Shown: positions 1-8,944 of the stretch, in pieces
Position numbering within the stretch: position 1 is the stretch's first letter
Layout of the letters: the number at the start of each line of letters is the position of its first letter
From: an uncultured Bdellovibrionales bacterium
GTDB lineage: Bacteria > Patescibacteriota > Minisyncoccia > Moranbacterales > UBA1568
Reading direction: 5' to 3'
Length of the DNA: 64,000 nt
NCBI GenBank assembly: GCA_964579335.1
Contig: CAZOFS010000001.1
Span: 11,196 to 75,195, forward strand
Program-made: the position numbers and the translations under genes
The notes under the pieces: generated by a model
What the model saw: only the letters and a program-made list of their open reading frames with translations
Told to the model about the DNA's origin: nothing
Database searches by the model: none

Positions 1-782
1 TGTCCGTGGCTGACCACCTCTCCCTGGCCAACCCAATGAATCCTGATCAGGCCTATCCTCGGGCTAGTCTTTTCCCTAATCTTTTCTGGAGCGCTCTTTA
101 TAATGCCAAACATTTTGATCAGTTCGCCCTCTTTGAATATGGCAGCGTTTTCTCTCAGGGGAAAACAGAACCAAACGAAGAAAAACATATTGGAGTGCTG
201 GTATTTGAACGTGAAACCCAATCAATCGAAGTTGCTTTCCTCGCTTTCAAGGCCAAATTGGAGAGCCTCTTCCACATGAGTCGTCTCGAACCAGTCTGGG
301 AAAGCGTTGCTACTAATGCCCCGGCTCATTTCCATCCTACCAGGGTGGCTCATCTCAGTCTCATGGGAGAGTCACTGGGTTTTGTGGGTGCAGTCCATCC
401 TCAATACACTGAACGCCTTGGTAAGAAAGCAGTGCTTTTGTACGCCGAAATTCCTGTGAGGACGTGGCAAGCGCTTGGAAGTAGTGAGAAAATTTTCAAA
501 GGTATTTCACGCTTCCCTATAGCTCTCCGCGATATCTCACTTGTTGGTCCCAAGGATGTCAGCTTTGCTCGACTCAAGCAGGTGATCGAGGAAGCTGGGG
601 CGCCGCTTCTCCTCAAGAGTGAATTGTTTGATGTCTATACAACTGGTGAAGAAAAGAGTTTCGCACTTCATCTTGGCTTTGGTTCTCCTGAGCGGACGCT
701 TTCGAGTAGTGAAATGGATGAGAAATTTGACAGTATAGTCCGCGAAGCGGGAGAGCATCTAAATATGAAATTAAAGCTTTAA
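1..782 (+). CDS. pheT: Phenylalanine--tRNA ligase beta subunit, C-terminal fragment (gene starts upstream of the window)
   Basis: The ORF is open from the window edge. Its C-terminal segment (SELFDVYTTGEEKSFALHLGFGSPERTLSSSEMD) matches the conserved FDX-ACB domain at the end of PheT (family motif FDVY...S.A..L.FQ..ERTL). Confidence 0.65.
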   Translation, partial: SVADHLSLANPMNPDQAYPRASLFPNLFWSALYNAKHFDQFALFEYGSVFSQGKTEPNEEKHIGVLVFERETQSIEVAFLAFKAKLESLFHMSRLEPVWESVATNAPAHFHPTRVAHLSLMGESLGFVGAVHPQYTERLGKKAVLLYAEIPVRTWQALGSSEKIFKGISRFPIALRDISLVGPKDVSFARLKQVIEEAGAPLLLKSELFDVYTTGEEKSFALHLGFGSPERTLSSSEMDEKFDSIVREAGEHLNMKLKL

Positions 783-820
783 ATAAGCCATTATTTTGAT
801 TTTTTGATTGCTTTGATTTA

Positions 821-849
821 TTGACAAATAGTACAAAGCGTGATAGACT
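821..849 (+). promoter_or_regulatory. Sigma70-like promoter for rnpB: -35 TTGACA (821-826), 17-nt spacer, -10 TAGACT (844-849)
   Basis: Perfect -35 hexamer, canonical 17-nt spacing and a 4/6 -10 match, about 20 nt upstream of the RNase P RNA P1 stem. Confidence 0.4.
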
Positions 850-870
850 CTTGCAGTGAGGAGATCCTTT

Positions 871-1290
871 ACAAAACAGATCAGACTACCGCGCTACGGC
901 GAGGAAAGTCCGGACACTTAGCCCTCTTTCGAGAGGGTCAGGGTAATGGGTAATTCCCATACGTTGTGAAACGCTAGGTGCGAGCAGAGACGCCTTTCTC
1001 TGAAAGGAGAAGGTATCCAGCAATGGATAAGTCTTCGTATAAACTTGGAATGCTTCTGGCGCAAGTCGGGAGTTTACTCTGAGCGAAGTCGAAGAGTGAA
1101 ACGGCTAAATCCTTACTCGAGTGCAAGGTCGTGTCCTTCGCACCGCACGGTGTCTACTCTTTGGAGTGGGTATAGTGCGGTGTGAGGGAAGAACCGCAAA
1201 GATCCCTGGAGTAATCCAGGGGCAAGAGAAATGGTAGTCACCCTACGAGTAATCGTGGGGACAGAATCCGGCTTATCGATCTGTTTTGTA
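871..1290 (+). ncRNA. rnpB: RNase P RNA (bacterial type A)
   Basis: Universal P4 strands are present: GAGGAAAGTCCGGAC at 901-915 and ACAGAATCCGGCTTATCG at 1261-1278 (compare E. coli ACAGAACCCGGCTTATCG). The P1 helix pairs 871-882 (ACAAAACAGATC) with 1277-1288 (GATCTGTTTTGT). Size is about 420 nt and there is no long ORF. Confidence 0.85.
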
Positions 1291-1331
1291 CAGGGTTTCT
1301 TGAGAAAGAATTTATTTTTGAATATTCTTTT

Positions 1332-2747
1332 GTGAAACGTTCAGAAATTTACTTCAGTACGCTTCAGGTTCCAGTTGACTTTGCTATGATCCTACTGGCC
1401 GCTATTTCGGCTTATTTTTTGCGTGGCTTGGATATATTCCAGCCCTATGTTTCACGAGTGTTTAACCTCGCACTCAGTGACTATATGCAGTTTGCACTCA
1501 CCGTTGCCCCTTTCTTTATTCTCATCTTGGCGATTGAAGGGCTCTACCGTATGCGGGTCACGCGACGTTTGTGGCAGGAACTCTACTTTGTGACTCGGTC
1601 CATCACTATTGTCCTCATTATCTTGATGATTGCGGTATTTCTCCAGCGAGAATGTTTTTCTTCACGTTTCGTTATCCTCGTCGCCTGGGCTCTGGCCGTC
1701 CTCTATGTCGTCGTAGCTCGAATTATTATTCAACGTATCCAGAAATGGTACCTCGTCAATCGCGGAGTGGGAGTATACCGTATCCTCCTCATCGGGACCA
1801 ATCAGCGTATGTATGCCCTCAAGCGGCTTCTCACCAAGCAGAAGGAATTGGGTTATCAGGTGGTAGATCAGATCGATACGGCGAGCGTGACTCGGATCAA
1901 AGAGATTCGCGAGAAGAGAGGTATTGATGAGATTGTGGTGGGTGACCCGAGCTTTACTGATGATGAGCAAGAGAAACTCTTTGACTACTGTCAGATTAAT
2001 AACATCACCTACAAGTACTTTCCGACCATGCTCCAGACCCCACGCTTTTCGATGCAGATTTTTAATGGTGAGCCGATTATTGAGTTTCAACATACGCCAC
2101 TTGATGGCTGGGGCAAAGTTTTGAAACGAGGTTTTGATATCGTAGCTGGTTTTGGGCTCACGCTGCTCTTTTCTCCGATCATGCTGATTATCGCGCTTCT
2201 CATCAAGCTCGAGGATCCGGATGGGCCAATCATCTATACCAATGAACGGGTAGGGGAAAATGGTGAGAAAATTCCCGTGTTTAAATTTCGCTACATGCAA
2301 TGGAAATGGTGTATCAACAAAGCCAACCCCAACTTCGAGCAGGCTCTTGCGTATGAAAAGCAGTTGATCGCTGAACGCAGTGTCCGTGAAGGACCGCTCT
2401 ACAAAATCAAAGATGATCCTCGGAAGACCAGGGTCGGCGCTTTTATTGAACGCTCCTCACTCGATGAACTCCCTCAATTCTTCAATGTGTTGCGAGGTGA
2501 GATGAGTTTGGTCGGTCCACGGCCGCATCAGAAACGCGAGGTAGAAAAATACAATGAGTATCATCGCCGACTACTTACTATCCGTCCTGGTATTACTGGG
2601 ATGGCGCAGGTGTCGGGTCGCTCCGATCTCAACTTCGAGGACGAGTACCGCCTTGATGTCTTCTATATCGAAAACTGGTCCCTGTGGCTCGATATCCTCA
2701 TTTGTTTCAAAACAGCTGGCTCGCTCCTCCGCCGCCGAAGGAATTAA
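1332..2747 (+). CDS. Polyprenyl-phosphate hexose-1-phosphate transferase (WbaP/WcaJ-type large phosphoglycosyltransferase; initiating enzyme)
   Basis: N-terminal TM helices with a C-terminal bacterial sugar transferase domain: FDIVAGFGLTLLFSPIMLIIALLIKLEDPDGPIIY...PVFKFRYM...DELPQFFNVLRGEMSLVGPRP...RPGITGMAQVSGR...ENWSLWLDI. GTG start. Confidence 0.85.
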   Translation: MKRSEIYFSTLQVPVDFAMILLAAISAYFLRGLDIFQPYVSRVFNLALSDYMQFALTVAPFFILILAIEGLYRMRVTRRLWQELYFVTRSITIVLIILMIAVFLQRECFSSRFVILVAWALAVLYVVVARIIIQRIQKWYLVNRGVGVYRILLIGTNQRMYALKRLLTKQKELGYQVVDQIDTASVTRIKEIREKRGIDEIVVGDPSFTDDEQEKLFDYCQINNITYKYFPTMLQTPRFSMQIFNGEPIIEFQHTPLDGWGKVLKRGFDIVAGFGLTLLFSPIMLIIALLIKLEDPDGPIIYTNERVGENGEKIPVFKFRYMQWKWCINKANPNFEQALAYEKQLIAERSVREGPLYKIKDDPRKTRVGAFIERSSLDELPQFFNVLRGEMSLVGPRPHQKREVEKYNEYHRRLLTIRPGITGMAQVSGRSDLNFEDEYRLDVFYIENWSLWLDILICFKTAGSLLRRRRN

Positions 2748-2791
2748 CTTCTCTTGTGGTATACTGAGGGAAATTACTTTAAGTTATACGT

Positions 2792-3139
2792 ATGCGACTC
2801 TTACTACGTTGGGCTTTGGGAGCGGGGGCATTTTGGCTCGTGGCGCACTTTGTACCAGGGATTACTATCGCCAGTTGGGTGACGGCACTCGTCTTGGCGC
2901 TCCTCTGGGGGCTGATTGGTTTTACCGTGAAGCCTATCTTGGTATTGCTTACTCTCCCGATTAATCTCATTACCTTTGGACTCTTCACACTCGTTATCAA
3001 TGGTTTCCTTCTCTGGCTTTTGGGCGGAATTATCAAGGGTTTCGAAGTCGATACTTTCCTTCATGCGTTTCTCGGAGCGCTCCTTCTCTCGCTCCTTATG
3101 GGCGTGATCAATTGGGTTTTGGATCAGAAGGAAGATTAG
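2792..3139 (+). CDS. Small 4-TM membrane protein (phage-holin-IV-like / DUF membrane protein family)
   Basis: 115 aa with four hydrophobic helices. GITIASWVTALVLALLWGLIGFTVKPIL resembles the PF04020-type holin-like family. Confidence 0.45.
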   Translation: MRLLLRWALGAGAFWLVAHFVPGITIASWVTALVLALLWGLIGFTVKPILVLLTLPINLITFGLFTLVINGFLLWLLGGIIKGFEVDTFLHAFLGALLLSLLMGVINWVLDQKED

Positions 3140-3164
3140 TTCCTAAATATAAATATACCGATTT

Positions 3165-3194
3165 TTAAAAAACAGGGGATAGCCCCTGTTTTTC
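3165..3194. terminator. Bidirectional rho-independent terminator between convergent genes
   Basis: AAAAAACAGGGGatagCCCCTGTTTTTC: an 8-bp GC-rich stem with a 4-nt loop, flanked by an A-run 5' and a T-run 3'. Confidence 0.65.
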
Positions 3195-3211
3195 TTGTGT
3201 CTACCGAGAAG

Positions 3212-3901
3212 TTACCGAGTGTCTTTTTGTTTGAAAATAAGGAGTAAGAGGAAGGCGAGGGTGCTACCGATAAAGATAAGTGTTACCAAGGTCAGGAAAC
3301 CGTCTTTCAAAAACCACGGCTTGTACTGGGAGATGCGGTCGTTGAGTTCATCCAGGTTTTGACTGAGTGTCGGGTAGATGTAGGTGGGTCGCATGGCGAG
3401 TGAGCGCTCGGGTTGAGGTATTCCCGCCAGTGTAAGATCGAGGAATGACGCAGGCTTGGATTCGTGGGTGAAGAAGCGTAGGAATTCTGACTGAGGCTTT
3501 GTTTTATCAAAGCTGAGCATGACGCAGAGTGGCTCGCTGGAAGAGGTAGGGAGTGGTTCAAAACGAGCCACAAAGAGATTGTCTGAGTCGAGGTATCCAG
3601 GCTCGAGGGTGCTTTCGCGGATCGGGTTTTGACACGTAATATCAGCGAGGGTGATAGTTACTCGATCACTTGGTTTGGGCTCTGGATTACGGACGAGGAA
3701 TTCAAGTTTGGCGAGCGTACCCGACTTTGGCAGGAAGGTCTGGGTGATGGTTTCACCCGGAAGGATCTTCACCGGCTCGCCCTTGGTGAGAATGAGAGAG
3801 GAGTCACGAAAGGAAAGCTCGTGACCAAGGCGCCAACCAATGCCGAGGAGGGTAAGTCCAAGGAGTACAATGAGGAGTATTTTGGGTGAAGGGAGTGACA
3901 T
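3212..3901 (-). CDS. Hypothetical protein with an N-terminal membrane anchor
   Basis: ORF only. N-terminal hydrophobic segment (KILLIVLLGLTLLGIGW) followed by a soluble domain, plus a C-terminal TM segment. No recognisable motif. Confidence 0.4.
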   Translation of the reverse strand: MSLPSPKILLIVLLGLTLLGIGWRLGHELSFRDSSLILTKGEPVKILPGETITQTFLPKSGTLAKLEFLVRNPEPKPSDRVTITLADITCQNPIRESTLEPGYLDSDNLFVARFEPLPTSSSEPLCVMLSFDKTKPQSEFLRFFTHESKPASFLDLTLAGIPQPERSLAMRPTYIYPTLSQNLDELNDRISQYKPWFLKDGFLTLVTLIFIGSTLAFLLLLIFKQKDTR

Positions 3902-3905
3902 AGGA

Positions 3906-5393
3906 CTAAAAATAGTAACGGAAGATAATTACATTGAATATGGTGTGGAGCATGAGTCCGGTCATGAGGATCAGCAGGCCCAAGAGGATGGGGTTGAAAT
4001 ATCGTTCCTGTTTGAAGTAAGCGAGGAGAGCGCCGAGGCCACTCGTGATGAGGAGGATATGCGCGAGGAGGGCGGGGAGGAAGTAGCGACCAGGTGTGCC
4101 GAGACTCATAGACATTTTTTCATCCAGGCTGACGTAGATGTTCCAATCGGCGAAGCGGACACCAATCTGGAGCACAGCCATCATTATGGCGAGAAACAGG
4201 AGTTGTTTTTTGGCGGGCAAGAAAGAAGGATAACTTTCTTTTAATCGTTGGGCAAAGAAGAGGAGAACGAGCCCAGCAATAGCCGCCCATTCGAGGATAA
4301 AGATGAGTGTGGTTGTATACTGAATCACCCCGCTGTTGGTCCAGCCGAGCATGCCCCAGTAGGTTTCGGAAGGCCAGACAACTTTGTTCCAGGTGAGGGT
4401 TTTGGAGAGATACGTAGGGAGGGAGGAGAGTTTTTGGGCTAGACTATTTTCAGCCCCAAAGAAATGCTGATACAGGAAGACAAGGCTCCCAAGGCTCACG
4501 AAGAGCAATAGTCCTATGAGACCAGCGCGGAGGCGTCGACTGTGGAGCTTGGTAAACCTCGGGTAGGCCCAAGAGAGAATGAGAGCTAGGAGGACCACGG
4601 AGAGGAGGGAGCCAGTGGCTTTGGTGAGGATAGCGGGTACTATGGTGCCTACGAGGAGTATGAGGTTGGTCGGAGTAAAGCCATCTCTCACCACGCGAGC
4701 AGTGGCATACGTAAAGAGGAAGAAAAGGGGAATGAGGAGGGTGTCATAGTTGATCTGGCTGGAATAGAGGGAGAATTTTGGCTGAAATACGATGAGAGCG
4801 GTTGTGATGAGGCTCGTGGTGGATGAAAAACCAATGGTTCGAGCGGTGAGGTAAGCGAGGAGGATGGCGAGGGTACCAAGGAGCGCGGAAAAGATACGAA
4901 TGAGATAAAAGCGGGTGAAAATGCTCTCATCCGAAAAGACTTGTTCGATCACTGAGGCGAGCTGATGATAGAGAATAGAACTACGTACGGCATCAGGTGG
5001 GTAGTAGAGATTGTTGGTTGGCCATGGTTTGGCGTCGACCCTTGATTCCTGGAGACCGACAGAAGTATCGGAAAAGCGCATGGTATTGAAATCATCAGCC
5101 CGGAGGAGGTGATTGTTGGTAGCTCGGGCAGTTTCGCGGATTTCCTCAGAGAAGCGGTAGGTCGAGAGGTCGTCTTTGTCCTGTCTTTCAATCGGTAGAC
5201 GAGATTCTTCTGGAGGAATAGGGCTTGGTGTGATGATCAGCTGGATAGAGTTATAGTGTCGCGCCTCGTCTTGGCCGGTAAAGATCGGCTGAATAACAGT
5301 TAAAAAAACACCCTTAGAGAAAAAGACGACCAAGAGGAGAGCAAGTAAAAAAGTGGGGCGGGTCAGGATTGTAGGAAGCCTATTTCGAAACAT
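3906..5393 (-). CDS. Polytopic integral membrane protein, putative GT-C-type glycosyltransferase
   Basis: 495 aa with about 11 predicted TM helices and loops between them. The architecture matches GT-C membrane glycosyltransferases found in this locus. No catalytic motif confirmed. Confidence 0.4.
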   Translation of the reverse strand: MFRNRLPTILTRPTFLLALLLVVFFSKGVFLTVIQPIFTGQDEARHYNSIQLIITPSPIPPEESRLPIERQDKDDLSTYRFSEEIRETARATNNHLLRADDFNTMRFSDTSVGLQESRVDAKPWPTNNLYYPPDAVRSSILYHQLASVIEQVFSDESIFTRFYLIRIFSALLGTLAILLAYLTARTIGFSSTTSLITTALIVFQPKFSLYSSQINYDTLLIPLFFLFTYATARVVRDGFTPTNLILLVGTIVPAILTKATGSLLSVVLLALILSWAYPRFTKLHSRRLRAGLIGLLLFVSLGSLVFLYQHFFGAENSLAQKLSSLPTYLSKTLTWNKVVWPSETYWGMLGWTNSGVIQYTTTLIFILEWAAIAGLVLLFFAQRLKESYPSFLPAKKQLLFLAIMMAVLQIGVRFADWNIYVSLDEKMSMSLGTPGRYFLPALLAHILLITSGLGALLAYFKQERYFNPILLGLLILMTGLMLHTIFNVIIFRYYF

Positions 5394-5448
5394 ATCATTA
5401 GTGTATCACGTGAAAGTTGAGTGGTATTGTCTTCCTGTTACGACCACA

Positions 5449-5463
5449 GTATACTATAAAAAA
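5449..5463 (+). promoter_or_regulatory. GTATACTATAAAAAA promoter-like element (-10 TATACT) upstream of the epimerase/dehydratase operon
   Basis: The same GTATACTATA core recurs twice at 22272-22296. The -10-like hexamer lies in an intergenic, AT-rich region. Confidence 0.35.
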
Positions 5464-5553
5464 TGGCTCTAATAAAGGATTTCTTGGGTGAGGTAAGTGG
5501 AAAAAGGGAGCTCATTAATACGGATTCGTATGAAAGAGAAAAGAGGAATAATA

Positions 5554-6408
5554 ATGAATCAAGGTAGAAGACAAGTCCTCCTTTTGGGAGGAGAGGGGTT
5601 TGTTGGTAGAAACATTGCCACGCTCTTTTCCAGTGAATGGGATTGTTTTTCTGTGGGAGAACAGCAGTCTCCTTTTCTCGAGCGAGCGGATACGTTCATT
5701 CAGGCCAACCCGTATCAGGAGGTAATCCCAAATACATATGAGGCTATCGTACATCTCATCGATCTCAAATTCTCTCCTCCTGAACTTATACAACAGGAAC
5801 AGAAATTGATAGAGAATCTTGGGATCAACGAAAGAAACCATTTGATAGTGTTTTCATCAGCGGTGGTGTATGCCAATCCGGATTCTCCTTATGGACTGCG
5901 CAAAAGAGCGCTTGAAAAGTTTTATCACACATTTTGTAAGGAAAAGAATATTCGACTTACTCTTGTGCGACCATTTAATCTCTATGGGCCTTTCCAAATA
6001 CCTTGTCGGCAAGGAAGTCTCGTAGCAAATCTTATCTATAACCACCTCACTGCGACGCCGACGGAGATCAATGATATGGAGGCGAAGCGAGACTTCCTTT
6101 TTGTTGGCGATTTGGCTCGTATGGTGAGGTATCTTCTTAAAGAACGACAGGAGGGAATCTATGATGTAGGTTCAGGCAAGTTTACAAGTATACGAGAACT
6201 TGTCGCCATTCTAGAGGAGAAGGTTTTCAAAGAAAAAATGCAGATCATCCAAAAAAATAGTAAAGATCTGAGTAAAGACCGAGTGGCAGAGGGGGATGTG
6301 TTGGAGAGGATATCTATGCTAAGCTTGGAGGAAGGTTTGACATCGACTCTTGACTTTTACAAGAAAAATATTTCCCTTATAAAGGACTGCATTACATCAG
6401 GAAAGTAG
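5554..6408 (+). CDS. NAD-dependent epimerase/dehydratase (extended SDR), likely NDP-4-keto-sugar reductase/epimerase
   Basis: Rossmann motif LLLGGEGFVGRN near the N-terminus. Start placed at ATG 5554 (MNQGRR), which has an AGAGGA Shine-Dalgarno 6 nt upstream. The ORF is open from 5497. Confidence 0.7.
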   Translation: MNQGRRQVLLLGGEGFVGRNIATLFSSEWDCFSVGEQQSPFLERADTFIQANPYQEVIPNTYEAIVHLIDLKFSPPELIQQEQKLIENLGINERNHLIVFSSAVVYANPDSPYGLRKRALEKFYHTFCKEKNIRLTLVRPFNLYGPFQIPCRQGSLVANLIYNHLTATPTEINDMEAKRDFLFVGDLARMVRYLLKERQEGIYDVGSGKFTSIRELVAILEEKVFKEKMQIIQKNSKDLSKDRVAEGDVLERISMLSLEEGLTSTLDFYKKNISLIKDCITSGK

Positions 6409-6417
6409 GATACGGCT

Positions 6418-7824
6418 ATGGAAGTAAAGAATATTCTTATCATCGGAGCGGGAAGAGCGGGGAGGCTTTTGGCAAAGGACATTGCCATAAACCATTTGGA
6501 ATGTCGGGTGGTTGGTTTTGTTGATGACCAGGGGGATAAAGGTAAACAATCTGTTTTAGGGAGTATTGAGGATATTCCCAAATTGCTCGACTTGTACCAA
6601 GTGGATGAAATGGTTATTGCTATCCCCTCAGCGGACGGGGCGCTGATACGTCGGATTTTGCTTACCAATGTCCTCAACCGTATCCCTTTCAAAATCGTGC
6701 CACGCGACCAGCGGATCATTCGTGAGAGTGATGTGCGCTATAGCGAGGTGAAGGCTATCGAACCAGAGGATTTTCTTGGTCGCCCTTTTGTTCGCCATCA
6801 TGTCGATCAGCTCTCAAGCTTTTATAAAGGAAAGGTAGTGTTTGTGACGGGCGGAGCGGGTTCAATTGGTTCAGAAATTGTGCGCCAACTCCTCGATCTT
6901 AAGGTCAAGAAGGTAGTAGTCTACGATAATTCAGAATATTTGGTCTTTCTCCTTGAGCAGCAGCTCAAGGAACGAGGACTCCGGGAGCGATGCGAGCTTA
7001 TCGTGGGAGGAATCCTCCATGATCGTAAGCTCAGAACTCTGTTTGTTCGAATCAAACCGGATATCGTCTTCCATGCAGCTGCCTACAAACACGTACATCT
7101 CATGCAGGACAATATCGATGAGGCTATTTATAACAATGTAATTGGCACCAAACGGGTGGTAGACGTAGCGGTCGAACACAAAGTGCCGTTGATGACTTTT
7201 ATCTCAACGGATAAGGTAGTGAACCCCACAAGCATCATGGGGGCGACGAAGAAGCTGTGCGAGTACTACATCCAGCATCTCAAGAAGGGTAAGACCAGGT
7301 TTAATATCGTTCGATTTGGCAATGTGATTAATTCTCGGGGTTCGGCTTTGCCGCTCTTTGAACGGCAGATGGAACTGCACAAGTACATTACGGTAACTCA
7401 CAAGAAGATGCAGCGCTTCTTCATGTCGATCCGTGAAGCGGCCCAGCTGGTGATTGAAAGTACCGCCGAGGGAAAGCCCAATATGATCCATATTCTTAAT
7501 ATGGGGGAGCTCATCAATATCTATGAAGTGGCGAAGTGCTTGATTCGTTCCAAGAACCTTATTCCTGAAAAAGACATCGAGATCCGGATTATGGGCCTTC
7601 GCAAGGGCGAAAAAATGATTGAAGAGCTCTATACGGAAAGAGAGAAAGGAAAAATGACCAAAAAAAAATCAGGACGGATGTTCTTGCTCCGTAGTGAGGA
7701 GGTTTGCCCCGTAGATATTGACGTGGCGCTGGCTGAATTTGAAGAACTTGTCAAAACCAACCAGGACCAAGCGCTGCTACAAAAGAAATTGCGAGGCATC
7801 TTCCCGTCGCTCAAGAAACACTAA
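6418..7824 (+). CDS. CapD/PglF/WbpM-family nucleoside-diphosphate-sugar 4,6-dehydratase (soluble form; Polysacc_synt_2)
   Basis: VFVTGGAGSIGSEIVRQLL, FHAAAYKHVHLMQDN, ISTDKVVNPTSIMGATKKLCE and FNIVRFGNVINSRGSALPLF are hallmarks of the CapD-like family. N-terminal CoA-binding-like domain without TM helices. Confidence 0.8.
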   Translation: MEVKNILIIGAGRAGRLLAKDIAINHLECRVVGFVDDQGDKGKQSVLGSIEDIPKLLDLYQVDEMVIAIPSADGALIRRILLTNVLNRIPFKIVPRDQRIIRESDVRYSEVKAIEPEDFLGRPFVRHHVDQLSSFYKGKVVFVTGGAGSIGSEIVRQLLDLKVKKVVVYDNSEYLVFLLEQQLKERGLRERCELIVGGILHDRKLRTLFVRIKPDIVFHAAAYKHVHLMQDNIDEAIYNNVIGTKRVVDVAVEHKVPLMTFISTDKVVNPTSIMGATKKLCEYYIQHLKKGKTRFNIVRFGNVINSRGSALPLFERQMELHKYITVTHKKMQRFFMSIREAAQLVIESTAEGKPNMIHILNMGELINIYEVAKCLIRSKNLIPEKDIEIRIMGLRKGEKMIEELYTEREKGKMTKKKSGRMFLLRSEEVCPVDIDVALAEFEELVKTNQDQALLQKKLRGIFPSLKKH

Positions 7825-7848
7825 AAAAGACTTTAACAAGTTCTCAAT

Positions 7849-8754
7849 TTAATATTTCTCTTTGAAAAAGACCCCTGCAGCTGCTCCGAGGAGGGAGACG
7901 TCGTCCCCGAGTTTGGTTATTTGAATATCTGGGAGAGGGAGATAGTCGTCGGTATGACGGAGGAGAGGTGGGAGGAGTAGATCTTGATTGTGGACGAAAA
8001 CGCTGCCGCCGAAAATGATTCGTTCCGGATCATAGGCCACGATAGCATCCGAAAGGCCACGGCCGTTGATGCGGCCTAGTTCTTCCATAAAGACTACGGC
8101 ATGAAGATTTCCTTCCCGGGCTGCGGCAAAAATGTCTCTGGCATGACGATGGGTGCACTCAATGCTTTGTCGTTTGCAAAAGTTCTTAAAGGTCGAAAGG
8201 AGAAAGGTTCCGGAAGCGCAGCTATTCCAAAAATAAGGTTCATCGAAAACAAAAAAACGGCCAATTTCACCAGCATTGCCATTGCGACCGATGATAAGGT
8301 GATTGTTCGCGATGACTCCGCCGCCAATGCCGGTAGAAATAGTGATATAGACAAGGTTGGCTACGTCGTGGCCACTGCCGAAAAACTTTTCTCCAAGCAC
8401 CCCGGCGTGAGTATCTTTAAAGAGAAAAACAGGACAATGAAATGCTTCCTCGAGGGGAGCGACAAGAGGCACGACGCCGAGTGGGATATTGGGACAATGA
8501 TCGATACATCCTTGGGCGAGATCGAGCGGGCCGGCGCTACTTATGCTTATGGCAGCAATATTTCCTTCGGGTTGGATGGTGTGAATGAGCCGGGTAATTT
8601 CCCGTGTAATAACAAAGCTGTCATTTCCAAATTTCGGGGTGTTGGTAGTTTGTTTGGTGGTGACGGTGCCGTCTCGCTTTACCCTTGCTACCCGCAAATT
8701 GGTGCCGCCAATATCGACACAAATGACCTCGTTGAATACTTTTTTTTGACCCAT
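7849..8754 (-). CDS. ROK family sugar kinase / glucokinase
   Basis: N-terminal ICVDIGGTNLRVARV ATPase motif with ROK-type glycine-rich segments (ISTGIGGGVIANN). Confidence 0.7.
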   Translation of the reverse strand: MGQKKVFNEVICVDIGGTNLRVARVKRDGTVTTKQTTNTPKFGNDSFVITREITRLIHTIQPEGNIAAISISSAGPLDLAQGCIDHCPNIPLGVVPLVAPLEEAFHCPVFLFKDTHAGVLGEKFFGSGHDVANLVYITISTGIGGGVIANNHLIIGRNGNAGEIGRFFVFDEPYFWNSCASGTFLLSTFKNFCKRQSIECTHRHARDIFAAAREGNLHAVVFMEELGRINGRGLSDAIVAYDPERIIFGGSVFVHNQDLLLPPLLRHTDDYLPLPDIQITKLGDDVSLLGAAAGVFFKEKY

Positions 8755-8819
8755 AGACTTTTAATTTTTCCAAGTATAGCATGACTCAGCCTATGATTAG
8801 AGGCGTAACTTTTATAAGG

Positions 8820-8852
8820 GAAGAAAAAACCGCTGGGCGCTACCATGCGGTT
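8820..8852 (-). terminator. Rho-independent terminator (minus strand) downstream of the NUDIX-like gene
   Basis: On the minus strand: AACCGCatggtagcgcccaGCGGTT followed by TTTTTTCTTCC. Confidence 0.45.
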
Positions 8853-8944
8853 GGAAGGTGATTTTTATGTCACCACGGAATATGGCGTCTGTATCAGAGA
8901 GCGTCTGGAGGTCATGGATGGCCGAAACATCACTCGCCTTGGTT

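Noticed and set aside
1571-2300. ORFs 1571-1927 (+) and 1662-2300 (-) inside the sugar-transferase gene
   Set aside because: They are fully embedded in, or antisense to, a well-supported CDS with conserved catalytic motifs. Their compositions are Arg/Ser-rich and shadow-like.
3840-4442. Plus-strand ORFs 3840-4244 and 4248-4442, antisense to the 495-aa membrane protein
   Set aside because: Low-complexity Glu/Gly-rich translations typical of antisense frames of hydrophobic genes. There are no start or Shine-Dalgarno signals.
8101-8784. 227-aa plus-strand ORF antisense to the ROK kinase gene
   Set aside because: The ROK reading frame carries the family ATPase motifs. The antisense ORF has no recognisable features and would leave no room for the ROK gene.
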